NCBI GenBank assembly: GCA_964536675.1
Contig: CAZHYX010000001.1
Span: forward strand, 1 to 47,376
Direction: 5' to 3'
DNA: 47,376 nt
Origin: an uncultured Flavobacteriaceae bacterium
GTDB lineage: Bacteria; Bacteroidota; Bacteroidia; Flavobacteriales; Flavobacteriaceae
Below are positions 1 to 8,647 of this stretch, piece after piece. The notes beneath the pieces are model-generated. The model was not told the DNA's origin. It ran no database searches and saw only the letters and a list, made by a program, of their open reading frames with translations. How positions within the stretch are numbered: position 1 is the first letter of the stretch; each line of letters begins with the position of its first letter. A program made the translations under genes and the position numbers.

Positions 1-4
1 AAAA

Positions 5-502
5 ATGAATAGAATTAAACAAGCAGAAATGTATGTAAAGAAAGCAGAGGAATTACTACAGGATAAGAAATTATTTGATGCGGTAGAAGATAATAATATT
101 TATAGAGTGAAGCAATTAATTAATGCAGGAGCAGATATTGATATTAAAGATGATGCTGGAGATACACCATTGTTATTAGCTGTTGATTATGAATATCTTG
201 ATATGATTAAATTATTAATTAATGCAGGAGCAGATGTTGATATTGACAATAGACACGGAGACACACCATTATTAATTGCTGTTAAAAGTGCAGACAATGT
301 TATAGTTGAGCTATTAATTAATGAAGGAGCAGATATTAATATCATAGATAGTGACGGAGAAACACCATTGTCGTTAGCTGTTGATTATGAATTTCCTAAT
401 ATAGTTGAACAATTATTTAATGTAGGAGCAGATGTTGATGAAAGAATTATAGACCTTGCTGGAGGTAATGAAGAAATATTAAGTATTTTAAAAAGAGTAT
501 GA
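5..502 (+). CDS. Ankyrin-repeat protein 1 with shared N-terminal leader
   Basis: Repeated GADxxxxDxxGxTPLxxA ankyrin consensus; leader MNRIKQAEMYVKKAEELL. Confidence 0.93.
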   Translation: MNRIKQAEMYVKKAEELLQDKKLFDAVEDNNIYRVKQLINAGADIDIKDDAGDTPLLLAVDYEYLDMIKLLINAGADVDIDNRHGDTPLLIAVKSADNVIVELLINEGADINIIDSDGETPLSLAVDYEFPNIVEQLFNVGADVDERIIDLAGGNEEILSILKRV

Positions 503-506
503 AAAA

Positions 507-1091
507 ATGAATAAGATTAAACAAGCAATGGAGGGTATAAAAATGAATAGAATTAAACAAGCAGAAATGTATGTAAAGAAAGCAGAGGAATTACTGCATC
601 AGAAGAGACCAGATATAAAGAAAAGAGCAGATATTATTGGAGCAGTTGGAGCTAGGGATATTAATAGAGTTAAACAGCTTTTGGATGAAGGTGCAGATGT
701 AGATACTTTAGATAGATTTGGTAATACAGGATTAATGAATGCTTCCTATAGAGGATCTTTGGACATAGTAGAATTGTTGTATGGTGAAGGTGCAACAATT
801 GATAAAAAAGATGAGTGGGGAAGAACAGCTCTTATGACGGCAGCTGGTAGAGGTCATTTGGATATATTAAATTTTCTAATAGGTAATGGAGCAGATGTTG
901 ATGTTGAAGATGACCATGGTAGTACTGCTTTAATAAGGGCAGTTGATTTTGGGGACATTGAAGTTGTTCAATCATTACTTGATGCAGGAGCAGATAAATC
1001 TAAAGTGAATGAATTTAATGATACAGCATTTGATAGTGCAGTTAGTTTAGGTGATGATTATGATGAAATTGCAAATCTTTTAGCTGAATAA
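507..1091 (+). CDS. Ankyrin-repeat protein 2 (most divergent paralogue; real start may be ATG 543)
   Basis: Ankyrin motifs GNTGLMNAS, GRTALMTAA, GSTALIRAV; leader partly duplicated, with GAGGG RBS before ATG 543. Confidence 0.92.
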   Translation: MNKIKQAMEGIKMNRIKQAEMYVKKAEELLHQKRPDIKKRADIIGAVGARDINRVKQLLDEGADVDTLDRFGNTGLMNASYRGSLDIVELLYGEGATIDKKDEWGRTALMTAAGRGHLDILNFLIGNGADVDVEDDHGSTALIRAVDFGDIEVVQSLLDAGADKSKVNEFNDTAFDSAVSLGDDYDEIANLLAE

Positions 1092-1615
1092 ACAATATTA
1101 AATCTTTTAGAAGGAGTATAAAAATGAATAAGATTAAACAAGCAGAAATGTATTTAAAAAAGGCAGAAGATTTATTACAGGATGGTAATATATTTGATGC
1201 GGTAGAAGATTATGATATTAATAGAGTGAAACAATTAATTGCTCAAGGAGCAGATGTTAATATTGAGAATAGACATGGAGAAACACCATTGTTGTTAGCT
1301 GTATATGAGGAAGAAAGAGATATAGTTAGATTATTAATTAATAAAGGAGCAGATGTTAATGTTGTAAGTAACAAAGGAGATACAGCATTATTATTAGCTG
1401 TTAAAAATGAAGATATTGATATGATTAAATTATTAATTGATACAGGAGCAGATATTAATATCATAGATAGTGACGGAGATACTCCATTAATATATGCTGT
1501 GCAGAGAGAAAGTGTTGATATAGTTAGATTATTAATTGATGCAGGAGCTAAGATTACTCAAAGAGAAATAGACCTTGCACAAAATCATAAAACAATATTA
1601 AATCTTTTAGAAGGA
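1090..1615. repeat. 26-bp direct repeat AAACAATATTAAATCTTTTAGAAGGA at 1090-1115 and 1590-1615
   Basis: Exact match by eye; first copy lies in the ank2-ank3 gap, second encodes the ank3 C-terminus. Confidence 0.9.
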
Positions 1616-1618
1616 TAA
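1124..1618 (+). CDS. Ankyrin-repeat protein 3 with shared leader
   Basis: GETPLLLAV, GDTALLLAV, GDTPLIYAV repeats; AAGGAG RBS. Confidence 0.93.
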   Translation: MNKIKQAEMYLKKAEDLLQDGNIFDAVEDYDINRVKQLIAQGADVNIENRHGETPLLLAVYEEERDIVRLLINKGADVNVVSNKGDTALLLAVKNEDIDMIKLLIDTGADINIIDSDGDTPLIYAVQRESVDIVRLLIDAGAKITQREIDLAQNHKTILNLLEG

Positions 1619-1914
1619 AAAATGAATAGAATTAAACAAGTAGAAATGTATGTAAAGAAAGCAGAAGATTTATTACAAGATGGTGATATATTTGACGCAA
1701 TAGAAGATAATGATATTAATAGAGTAAAGCAATTAATTGCTCAAGGAGTAGATGTTAATGCTGCTCATGAGGTTCATGGTAACACACTATTAATAATATC
1801 TATATTACAGAATAATATAGATATAATTGAGCTATTAATTAATAAAGGAGCAGATGTTAATATTGAGAATAGACATGGAGAAACACCATTGTTGTTAGCT
1901 GTATATGAGGAAGA
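1245..1914. repeat. 70-bp identical ankyrin-module segment at 1245-1314 (ank3) and 1845-1914 (ank4)
   Basis: AAGGAGCAGATGTTAATATTGAGAATAGACATGGAGAAACACC...GAGGAAGA present in both genes at different repeat positions. Confidence 0.9.
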
Positions 1915-2119
1915 TATAGATATAGTTGAGCTATTAATTGATACAGGAGCAGGTATTAATATTAAAGATGATGCTGGAGATACTCCATTGTCATTAGCTG
2001 TAGGAAATAATGATAAATATATAATTAGATTATTGCTTAATGCAGGAGCAGAAGTTACTCAAAAAGTTATAGAATATGTACGTAATGAAGAAATATTAAA
2101 CCTTTTAAAAGGAGGATAA
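1622..2119 (+). CDS. Ankyrin-repeat protein 4 with shared leader
   Basis: GNTLLIISI, GETPLLLAV, GDTPLSLAV repeats; leader MNRIKQVEMYVKKAEDLL. Confidence 0.93.
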   Translation: MNRIKQVEMYVKKAEDLLQDGDIFDAIEDNDINRVKQLIAQGVDVNAAHEVHGNTLLIISILQNNIDIIELLINKGADVNIENRHGETPLLLAVYEEDIDIVELLIDTGAGINIKDDAGDTPLSLAVGNNDKYIIRLLLNAGAEVTQKVIEYVRNEEILNLLKGG

Positions 2120-2121
2120 AA

Positions 2122-2967
2122 ATGGCTGAGGAATTTGAAACTTATGAGCCTAAAACTATTGAGGCTTTTAATGATGTATCTACAAGAATTGAATCTGCAC
2201 AAGCAACAATTGCTTCATTGAAAATGGATTTAAAAGAAGCTCAAGCTAAAGAAGGTCAATTGAATAGCGAATTGTTGCAATTATTAGAATTAACAGAACG
2301 GGAAGGAAAGTGGCTTTATGAAACCCAACAGAGAGTAGCGAAAATCACTCTCTATAGCCAGCAAAAAAATGTTTCTTGGAAAACTCTTTATGACCTTGTT
2401 TACAATAAATTGAATACACAGATTAAAAATATTGTAGATGTTGAAGTACAGAAACTAAAAGAACAAGCAGGAGTAGCAAAAAGGGAAACTATTAAGATAA
2501 TGAAAAAAGAAGGGAGCCTTTGGAGTCTTGTGCAGGAGGGTTGGGGAAAATTGAAATCAATACTTGGAGGAATTTTAAATGATATGAAAACTGCATTATT
2601 AAATATATTTAAAGGGAGTGCACAGATAGATGAAACTTTAAATGAAATAGAAGAAATTATTGTAGAAGCTGATGTGAGGGAATCAAGTATTAGAACTATG
2701 GCTAGAGTATTAAAAGTTCCTTATACTTCATCTAATAGTGAGATAATTGGAAAAATAATTCATCTTGGTGATTCAATGGCAGAGAAAAAACTTAAAAATA
2801 TATATATTGCAAAACTTCATAAAGTTTCTGTAAAAGTAATAAATGAAAAGATAATGGTAAATGAAAAAGTATTTTCAGGTGTTAAGAGTGCAATAGATGA
2901 AATTGTATCTTTTTGTGATTCTGAGGATGAAGCATTTGATATATTAGAAAAGGCGATAAAGGAATAG
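2122..2967 (+). CDS. Hypothetical coiled-coil protein
   Basis: 281-aa ORF, GGAGG RBS, helical charged composition. Confidence 0.75.
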   Translation: MAEEFETYEPKTIEAFNDVSTRIESAQATIASLKMDLKEAQAKEGQLNSELLQLLELTEREGKWLYETQQRVAKITLYSQQKNVSWKTLYDLVYNKLNTQIKNIVDVEVQKLKEQAGVAKRETIKIMKKEGSLWSLVQEGWGKLKSILGGILNDMKTALLNIFKGSAQIDETLNEIEEIIVEADVRESSIRTMARVLKVPYTSSNSEIIGKIIHLGDSMAEKKLKNIYIAKLHKVSVKVINEKIMVNEKVFSGVKSAIDEIVSFCDSEDEAFDILEKAIKE

Positions 2968-2970
2968 ATT

Positions 2971-3318
2971 ATGAATATAGTACAAATTATTCAAGATACT
3001 TTACAAGTTGATGTTTCAGATTATAAATTTTCTTTATCTAAAGAAGCATTTGAAGATAAAGTGAATGACATTATTTCCCAATTATCTGATAATATTTCTA
3101 TTGTTGATAAAAATAATATTGTTGATAAAAATAATATTGAAGTTATAAGCATTCAAAAAGGAGAAACTACAGTTAAATCATTTAATGATGAAGTTAATGC
3201 TGTAGCTTTTGCTGTTGTACAAGGGGTAAAGAAAGATATTGAATCAGTTATTATAGAGGTAAATGGAGAAAATATTTCAGGAGATATGAGTGGAATTTAT
3301 ATTGAAAAAGAAATGTAA
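2971..3318 (+). CDS. Hypothetical acidic protein with internal IVDKNN duplication
   Basis: ORF tiles with neighbours; 18-bp tandem duplication at 3100-3135. Confidence 0.7.
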   Translation: MNIVQIIQDTLQVDVSDYKFSLSKEAFEDKVNDIISQLSDNISIVDKNNIVDKNNIEVISIQKGETTVKSFNDEVNAVAFAVVQGVKKDIESVIIEVNGENISGDMSGIYIEKEM

Positions 3319-3325
3319 TGGTGGA

Positions 3326-3574
3326 ATGGAATTAAATGATTTAAAAATAAATAGTTCTATTCAAATAATTTCAAGTGGTGTTCCTTGGGCATATAATATA
3401 TATTATGATAAAGATGAAGATGGGATTTCAGGAGATATGCAAGAGAATATATTTGAATTTAAAAATTCTTTTCCACGGGTAGGGATAACTGTTTATAATA
3501 CAGGAGAAAATGATATTAATATAAAGGTAACTATTTATGAAACAAAAAATAGAGAAATGCCAGCATTGTTATAA
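3326..3574 (+). CDS. Hypothetical protein (start moved to ATG 3326)
   Basis: In frame with ORF 3290; ATG 3326 avoids overlap with the upstream gene and follows GGTGG. Confidence 0.6.
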   Translation: MELNDLKINSSIQIISSGVPWAYNIYYDKDEDGISGDMQENIFEFKNSFPRVGITVYNTGENDINIKVTIYETKNREMPALL

Positions 3575-3593
3575 CATTTAAAAAAGGAATTAT

Positions 3594-4274
3594 ATGTCGA
3601 AATGTATTATTTGTAATAATTCACAACTTAGATTTTTAGTAATGGAATTAGTTGAAAATAAAAATTTTAGTGAAATAAAAAGAGAAATTAAATCAAAATT
3701 AGGTTTAAATATTTCTCTTAACAGAATAATAAAACATATAAGAAATCATGAGGACCATTTACAATTATGGACTTCAATAGTAAGAAGTAAATATAGTTCA
3801 CAACAAGAAAGAGAAAAATTTGAACAAGGTTTTTTAAGTAGAGTAAGTTTTGCACAAGAATTGTACAATAAATATTTGGTGTTAAGTGATTTGTTTGATA
3901 TAGTTGTTGGTGATCCTAAAAAACCTAATGCTTTTGTTCAAACATCATTAGGTATTACTAAGATTACATCTCTTACAAGAGAAATGCATGTATATCTCAA
4001 AGAATTAATGGGTTTACAGAAACAAAAAGATTTCATAGTTGAATTTGCTAAAGTTTTATTGTTCACTATGGGAGAAGGATTAATAGATAGATTAAAATTT
4101 GTATTAAATGATTTACCTGTAGAAAGAAGAGAAATAGTAGGAAGAATAATTCGTGAAGAAATAAAAAAAGGTCTTGAATATAGTAAAGGTTTTAGTAAAG
4201 AAAAAGTAGATGATCTTATGTCAAAAGCTGAAATAGCTTATAATGAATTGACGTCAAGAGTGGGAGAAAAATAA
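3594..4274 (+). CDS. Probable terminase small subunit
   Basis: N-terminal CxxC...HxxxH with HTH-like segment; TAATG overlap with the large terminase. Confidence 0.65.
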   Translation: MSKCIICNNSQLRFLVMELVENKNFSEIKREIKSKLGLNISLNRIIKHIRNHEDHLQLWTSIVRSKYSSQQEREKFEQGFLSRVSFAQELYNKYLVLSDLFDIVVGDPKKPNAFVQTSLGITKITSLTREMHVYLKELMGLQKQKDFIVEFAKVLLFTMGEGLIDRLKFVLNDLPVERREIVGRIIREEIKKGLEYSKGFSKEKVDDLMSKAEIAYNELTSRVGEK

Positions 4275-5944
4275 TGCTTGCAGTTAATGAAGAACGGCTA
4301 TTAGATAATATGTTTCATTCTTCTACTTGGAACATTTCAAAAGTTTCTAATTTAAAACAATATAAAAATATTATTGAATGGATAACTAAAGGTTTGCATT
4401 TAACAAGTATTTATGACCATACCAGACAGTATGAAGTATTAAGAGATTTTTTTCAGTTACTTTGTCCTATATGTGCAGAAGATATGGATTATGATTGTTG
4501 GGGAAAGACACCTGAACAATTAATGGATCAAATATTATTACAATTGGATTGGGATAAAGAAATTTTTATATGTCCAGTTTGTAATTATTCTTTAAATAGA
4601 TTAACTTATGAAAATTTAATTGTTTGCGTAGGTATGAGAGCAGGTAAAACTGTACTTGGAGCATTGATAAGTACTTATATTTTAATGATGTATTTTGCAC
4701 TTGGAGAAGATATAGATAATAGATTTAATTTAATTCCAGGACAAAGACTTCGTATATCAATGGTTTCAACTGCTGCTTCTCAAACAGAAAAAACGGTTTG
4801 GGCAGCATTTTGTTCTTTAATGGTAGATATGGAAATATTTAAGAAAGGAGTTCTTAATGCAAAAGAATGGAAATATGGGAATTTAGAAGTTTTATCTCTT
4901 CATTCTAATTCAAGTTCTCTTGCAGGTGGAACAGGATTATTAACTATATTAGAAGAATTTTCAAGATTTGATTTAGGAGAAAGTAAAAGGTCTGCAAATG
5001 AAGTTCATGCTGTATTAGATAGATCATTAAAAACAGTAAAGAGTGTGAAAAAAACTGCTATTGATGATTTATTTGGAAGGAAGCTTATTCTCAGTTCACC
5101 TATATATATAGAGGATATTGATCCAACATTATTGGAAATAAAAAAAGCAGATGATCTTACTAAAATTATTCATTTACCTACATGGAAATTCAATCCTTTT
5201 ATGCCTCGTGAAACTTTTGATGAAGATTATAGAAGAGATTTTTGGCGGGCTGAAAGAGATTATGGAGCAAATCCTAAAGGTGGGCAGGAATTGTTTTTTG
5301 AAGATGAACAGTTAATTGTAAATTGTATTAAAAATGAAGATAGAAAAATAAAATTTCAACAGATAATTGAATATAAAGGACGGTTAAAATTTATTACATC
5401 TACTGTAGATAATTTTGTAGATACAGAATCCAATTATTCAGTACATGTAGACTTATCAGAAAAGAAAGATATTATGAGTATGGCTTTTGCTAAAAGACAA
5501 GATGATATGATTATAGTGGCAGGAGTAATGGTATTAATTCCAGACGGAGTATTAAATTTATGGTTAGATACTCCATTTGATATTATTTTACAATTATCTA
5601 AACAGATTAAAATTCAATTAGTCACTTATGATAATTGGCAATCTGTATCAGCTATTCAAAGGTTGAATACTAAAGGAATTTTAACAAAAAGGAGGTCTGT
5701 GGGGGAAGCAGAACTGATTGAATTTAAAAAATTAGCTTATTTAGAAAAAGTAAAAATTCTTGGGCCAGTACCTAAATTATTAGAAGAAATTAAAACTATT
5801 AGAAGGATCAATGGAAAGTTAATACATGTAGATGTATTAATGAGTGTTGCTGGAGCTGTTACAAATTGGATGTTTGGAGAAACAGAAAAAGTGAAAAAAT
5901 TAATAGTACCTACAACTAAAATGTTTAGGGTGAAGAGATGGTAG
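4274..5944 (+). CDS. terL: Terminase large subunit
   Basis: Walker A VGMRAGKT, Walker B-like TILEE, coupling motif LSSP, nuclease motifs HVDLS and TYDNWQS; upstream of portal. Confidence 0.9.
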   Translation: MLAVNEERLLDNMFHSSTWNISKVSNLKQYKNIIEWITKGLHLTSIYDHTRQYEVLRDFFQLLCPICAEDMDYDCWGKTPEQLMDQILLQLDWDKEIFICPVCNYSLNRLTYENLIVCVGMRAGKTVLGALISTYILMMYFALGEDIDNRFNLIPGQRLRISMVSTAASQTEKTVWAAFCSLMVDMEIFKKGVLNAKEWKYGNLEVLSLHSNSSSLAGGTGLLTILEEFSRFDLGESKRSANEVHAVLDRSLKTVKSVKKTAIDDLFGRKLILSSPIYIEDIDPTLLEIKKADDLTKIIHLPTWKFNPFMPRETFDEDYRRDFWRAERDYGANPKGGQELFFEDEQLIVNCIKNEDRKIKFQQIIEYKGRLKFITSTVDNFVDTESNYSVHVDLSEKKDIMSMAFAKRQDDMIIVAGVMVLIPDGVLNLWLDTPFDIILQLSKQIKIQLVTYDNWQSVSAIQRLNTKGILTKRRSVGEAELIEFKKLAYLEKVKILGPVPKLLEEIKTIRRINGKLIHVDVLMSVAGAVTNWMFGETEKVKKLIVPTTKMFRVKRW

Positions 5945-7632
5945 ATAAGAAAAGAACATGGGCGGATGTAAAAAGTAAAACTTTTCAAAAAACTGCAAAT
6001 GTATCAGGGGCCGCATCTTTTTTTACTCGGCCAATTGAATATAGGCCAGAATTTGCTTCTCCAGATAGATGGTGGATACCCAAGGATAGAGCAGTGCTTA
6101 ATGGTTATTGGAGAATGTTTTATGCAACTGATCCAGTAGCAGGTTCCGTAATAGATATGTATGTAGAGATGCCTCTTAGTGAATATACAATAAGTGGAAA
6201 AGGTGTTGATGGGTCAATACTTGAAGATTTAACACAGATGTGTGAAGATGTAAGACTTATACAATTACTAACAACTATTATGAGAGAATTTTTAGTAATA
6301 GGTGAAGCTATTCCTCATTTGTTTTTTGATCCTACAGTAGGATACTGGACTGATTGGACTATTCACAAACCTGAAATGGTTGATGTATTAGATGCTCATA
6401 TGTTAGGAATTGATCCTATTTTAGTATTACAACCTTCTACAGAGGAAATAGGAGAATTGAAAAAAATTATTAAAATGGCTGTATCTCTTGATATAGATAT
6501 GGTTGGAATTCCTTTCTTACAACAATTAGTTTCTAAAAAGAAAGTTCCTCTTGAATCTTTGAATGTTACTTATATTCCAAGAGCTTTACATGCATATGAT
6601 GTAAGGGGAACTTCTTTGTTTACAAGATTGTGGAGGACTTGGATGTATGAAGATGCAGTAGCTAATGCTACTATTCAAACTGCTAAAAGACATGCAGCAC
6701 CTGTTAAAACTGTTCAGATAGGAGATATTAATGCAGGATTTGTACCTTCAGCTGAACAAGAGGATGAATTATTGAAAGCATTAGCCCAAGCTGAAATGGA
6801 TCCGCATGCTTGGTTACTTGTTCCTCCTACTACAAAATTTGAGGCATGGGGAACAACAGATAGATTAATGGGTTTCAGAACTGAATATGATGTAATTGAA
6901 AGATTAAAGTTAATGGCTCTTGGAACAAGTAAAGATTTTATTTCAGGTGCTTCTACATTTGCTGCTGCACAAACAGGATTACAGGTATTTTTATCAAGAT
7001 TATTATCTTTTAGGAATTTTGTTGAAGAAAATTTTGTATATCCTAAATTATTTGGTGTAATAGTTAAAGCAAATAATTGGGAATTACCAAGACAAGCAGA
7101 TGTAGATCATAATGTTCGTACTTCTAAGGGACGGGAAATAATAAAACCTAAAATAAAATGGGCAAAATCATTACGCCCTAAAGTTGATAAAGATTTACTT
7201 GATGCTTATAGAATGATAGTAAATGATTTTGGAGTAAGAATTTCTCAAAAAACAATATGCGAGGCTGCTGGAGTACAATGGCAGGATGAGTTAAGAAGAA
7301 GTCTTGAAGAGGAAAGTGTGATAAACGTGATGCAAGATAGGGAAGAGAGGAAAAAAAATAAAGGGGATAAATTTGGAGGAGATTTCATGGGAGAAGAAAT
7401 AGGAGTTGAGGAAGTTATACCAGAACCAGAAATGGTAGAAGGTAGACCTATTCCGATGCATGCAAGTTCTTTGAAGAAACCATTAGAAAAAGTTGATGCT
7501 TTTCTTTCAGGTGTAGCTAATGTAAAAACACCATCTAAATTATTTACTGCAGATGATTTGGTTGGTATAGGTGGTAATAGAGGAGATAATAATAGTGGAA
7601 AATCCTTATACAAGAATAGAAAAAATAGATAA
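5938..7632 (+). CDS. Portal protein
   Basis: 564 aa directly after TerL; portal-like segments FYATDPVAGSVID, EFLVIGEA, RGTSLFTR. Confidence 0.82.
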   Translation: MVDKKRTWADVKSKTFQKTANVSGAASFFTRPIEYRPEFASPDRWWIPKDRAVLNGYWRMFYATDPVAGSVIDMYVEMPLSEYTISGKGVDGSILEDLTQMCEDVRLIQLLTTIMREFLVIGEAIPHLFFDPTVGYWTDWTIHKPEMVDVLDAHMLGIDPILVLQPSTEEIGELKKIIKMAVSLDIDMVGIPFLQQLVSKKKVPLESLNVTYIPRALHAYDVRGTSLFTRLWRTWMYEDAVANATIQTAKRHAAPVKTVQIGDINAGFVPSAEQEDELLKALAQAEMDPHAWLLVPPTTKFEAWGTTDRLMGFRTEYDVIERLKLMALGTSKDFISGASTFAAAQTGLQVFLSRLLSFRNFVEENFVYPKLFGVIVKANNWELPRQADVDHNVRTSKGREIIKPKIKWAKSLRPKVDKDLLDAYRMIVNDFGVRISQKTICEAAGVQWQDELRRSLEEESVINVMQDREERKKNKGDKFGGDFMGEEIGVEEVIPEPEMVEGRPIPMHASSLKKPLEKVDAFLSGVANVKTPSKLFTADDLVGIGGNRGDNNSGKSLYKNRKNR

Positions 7633-7894
7633 TATTAAGACAATTTGTTTTGGAAAGAATGGAGTAATGTTTAATTTATTTGATTTGGGACGTTTGGGAA
7701 TAGAAGATAAGGATAAAATTTTAGTTTACAAAAATGCTGTTGGAGAGGTTATTCGTGAATTTATTAAAAATGATCAAAATTGTTTAACTCTTCAACAAGA
7801 TTTATTAAAGATAGGTAAATTGGTTTTTAATAATAATGAAAAATATTTAATTTATGAAGAAAAAGTTAAAATAATAATGAAAAAATTTAATTAA
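7571..7894 (+). CDS. Hypothetical protein
   Basis: 107-aa ORF between portal and protease; start uncertain. Confidence 0.5.
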   Translation: MVIEEIIIVENPYTRIEKIDNIKTICFGKNGVMFNLFDLGRLGIEDKDKILVYKNAVGEVIREFIKNDQNCLTLQQDLLKIGKLVFNNNEKYLIYEEKVKIIMKKFN

Positions 7895-7936
7895 AACTTG
7901 TTATTTTATAGTATTATAAATTAAAATAATAATATT

Positions 7937-8647
7937 ATGTTTTATAAAAGATCAAATTTAAAAATAATTAGTACTTGTGTAACTGATGTTATTCAGAAGA
8001 AAATAGCTTTGAAAGATGCTTTTGGAATTTCTGAAATTAAATTTACGGAAATATTAAATGAGATTTCTGATTTGTATAAAATTTCATTTAAACCAGGAGA
8101 TTTTGTTTTTGTAGTAGTACATGCAATAACAGTAAATACACCAAATGAAAATAAAGATTGTTTTGGAGAATATGAATTGTTGAGTATTAAAACAGATGGG
8201 AGATTTACTTATGAAACTTTTAACGGTGTTCCATTACTTTGGGAACATCAAGATAGAGATATTACTCAAAGTAGTGGATTAGTGATTGATAGTTATTATG
8301 ATGATAATATTCAAGATGAGAAAAAAGTTATGACATTGGTTGCTGTGGACATGGTTAAAAATAGAAAATTGTCTAGTAATTTATTAAATGGTAGAGTTCA
8401 ATCTTTTTCAATGGGTTGTATGTGTGAGCAAACAAGGTGTAGTATTTGCAACAATGTAGCTTTAAGACCTGAAGAATTTTGTAATCATATTCGTGATAAA
8501 ATGTTTATTAGTATGGTGGATGGAAAATCTGTATTTGAATGGTGTGAAAAAGTGATGTACAAAGAGTTATCTCATGTGAGTACTCCAGCAGATTTAAATT
8601 CTCATAGTATTGAAATAATAAATGGAGGTATACAGAATGCAGAATGA
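7937..8647 (+). CDS. Prohead (capsid maturation) protease with Zn-finger-like insert
   Basis: NENKDCF, LWEH (His), SFSMGC (Ser), CSIC...FCNH, ELSHVSTPAD; located between portal and scaffold. Confidence 0.82.
   Translation: MFYKRSNLKIISTCVTDVIQKKIALKDAFGISEIKFTEILNEISDLYKISFKPGDFVFVVVHAITVNTPNENKDCFGEYELLSIKTDGRFTYETFNGVPLLWEHQDRDITQSSGLVIDSYYDDNIQDEKKVMTLVAVDMVKNRKLSSNLLNGRVQSFSMGCMCEQTRCSICNNVALRPEEFCNHIRDKMFISMVDGKSVFEWCEKVMYKELSHVSTPADLNSHSIEIINGGIQNAE

Noticed and set aside
5-2119. Diversity-generating retroelement behind the ankyrin or 42-bp repeats
   Set aside because: No reverse transcriptase in the window and no template/variable repeat pair with adenine-specific differences
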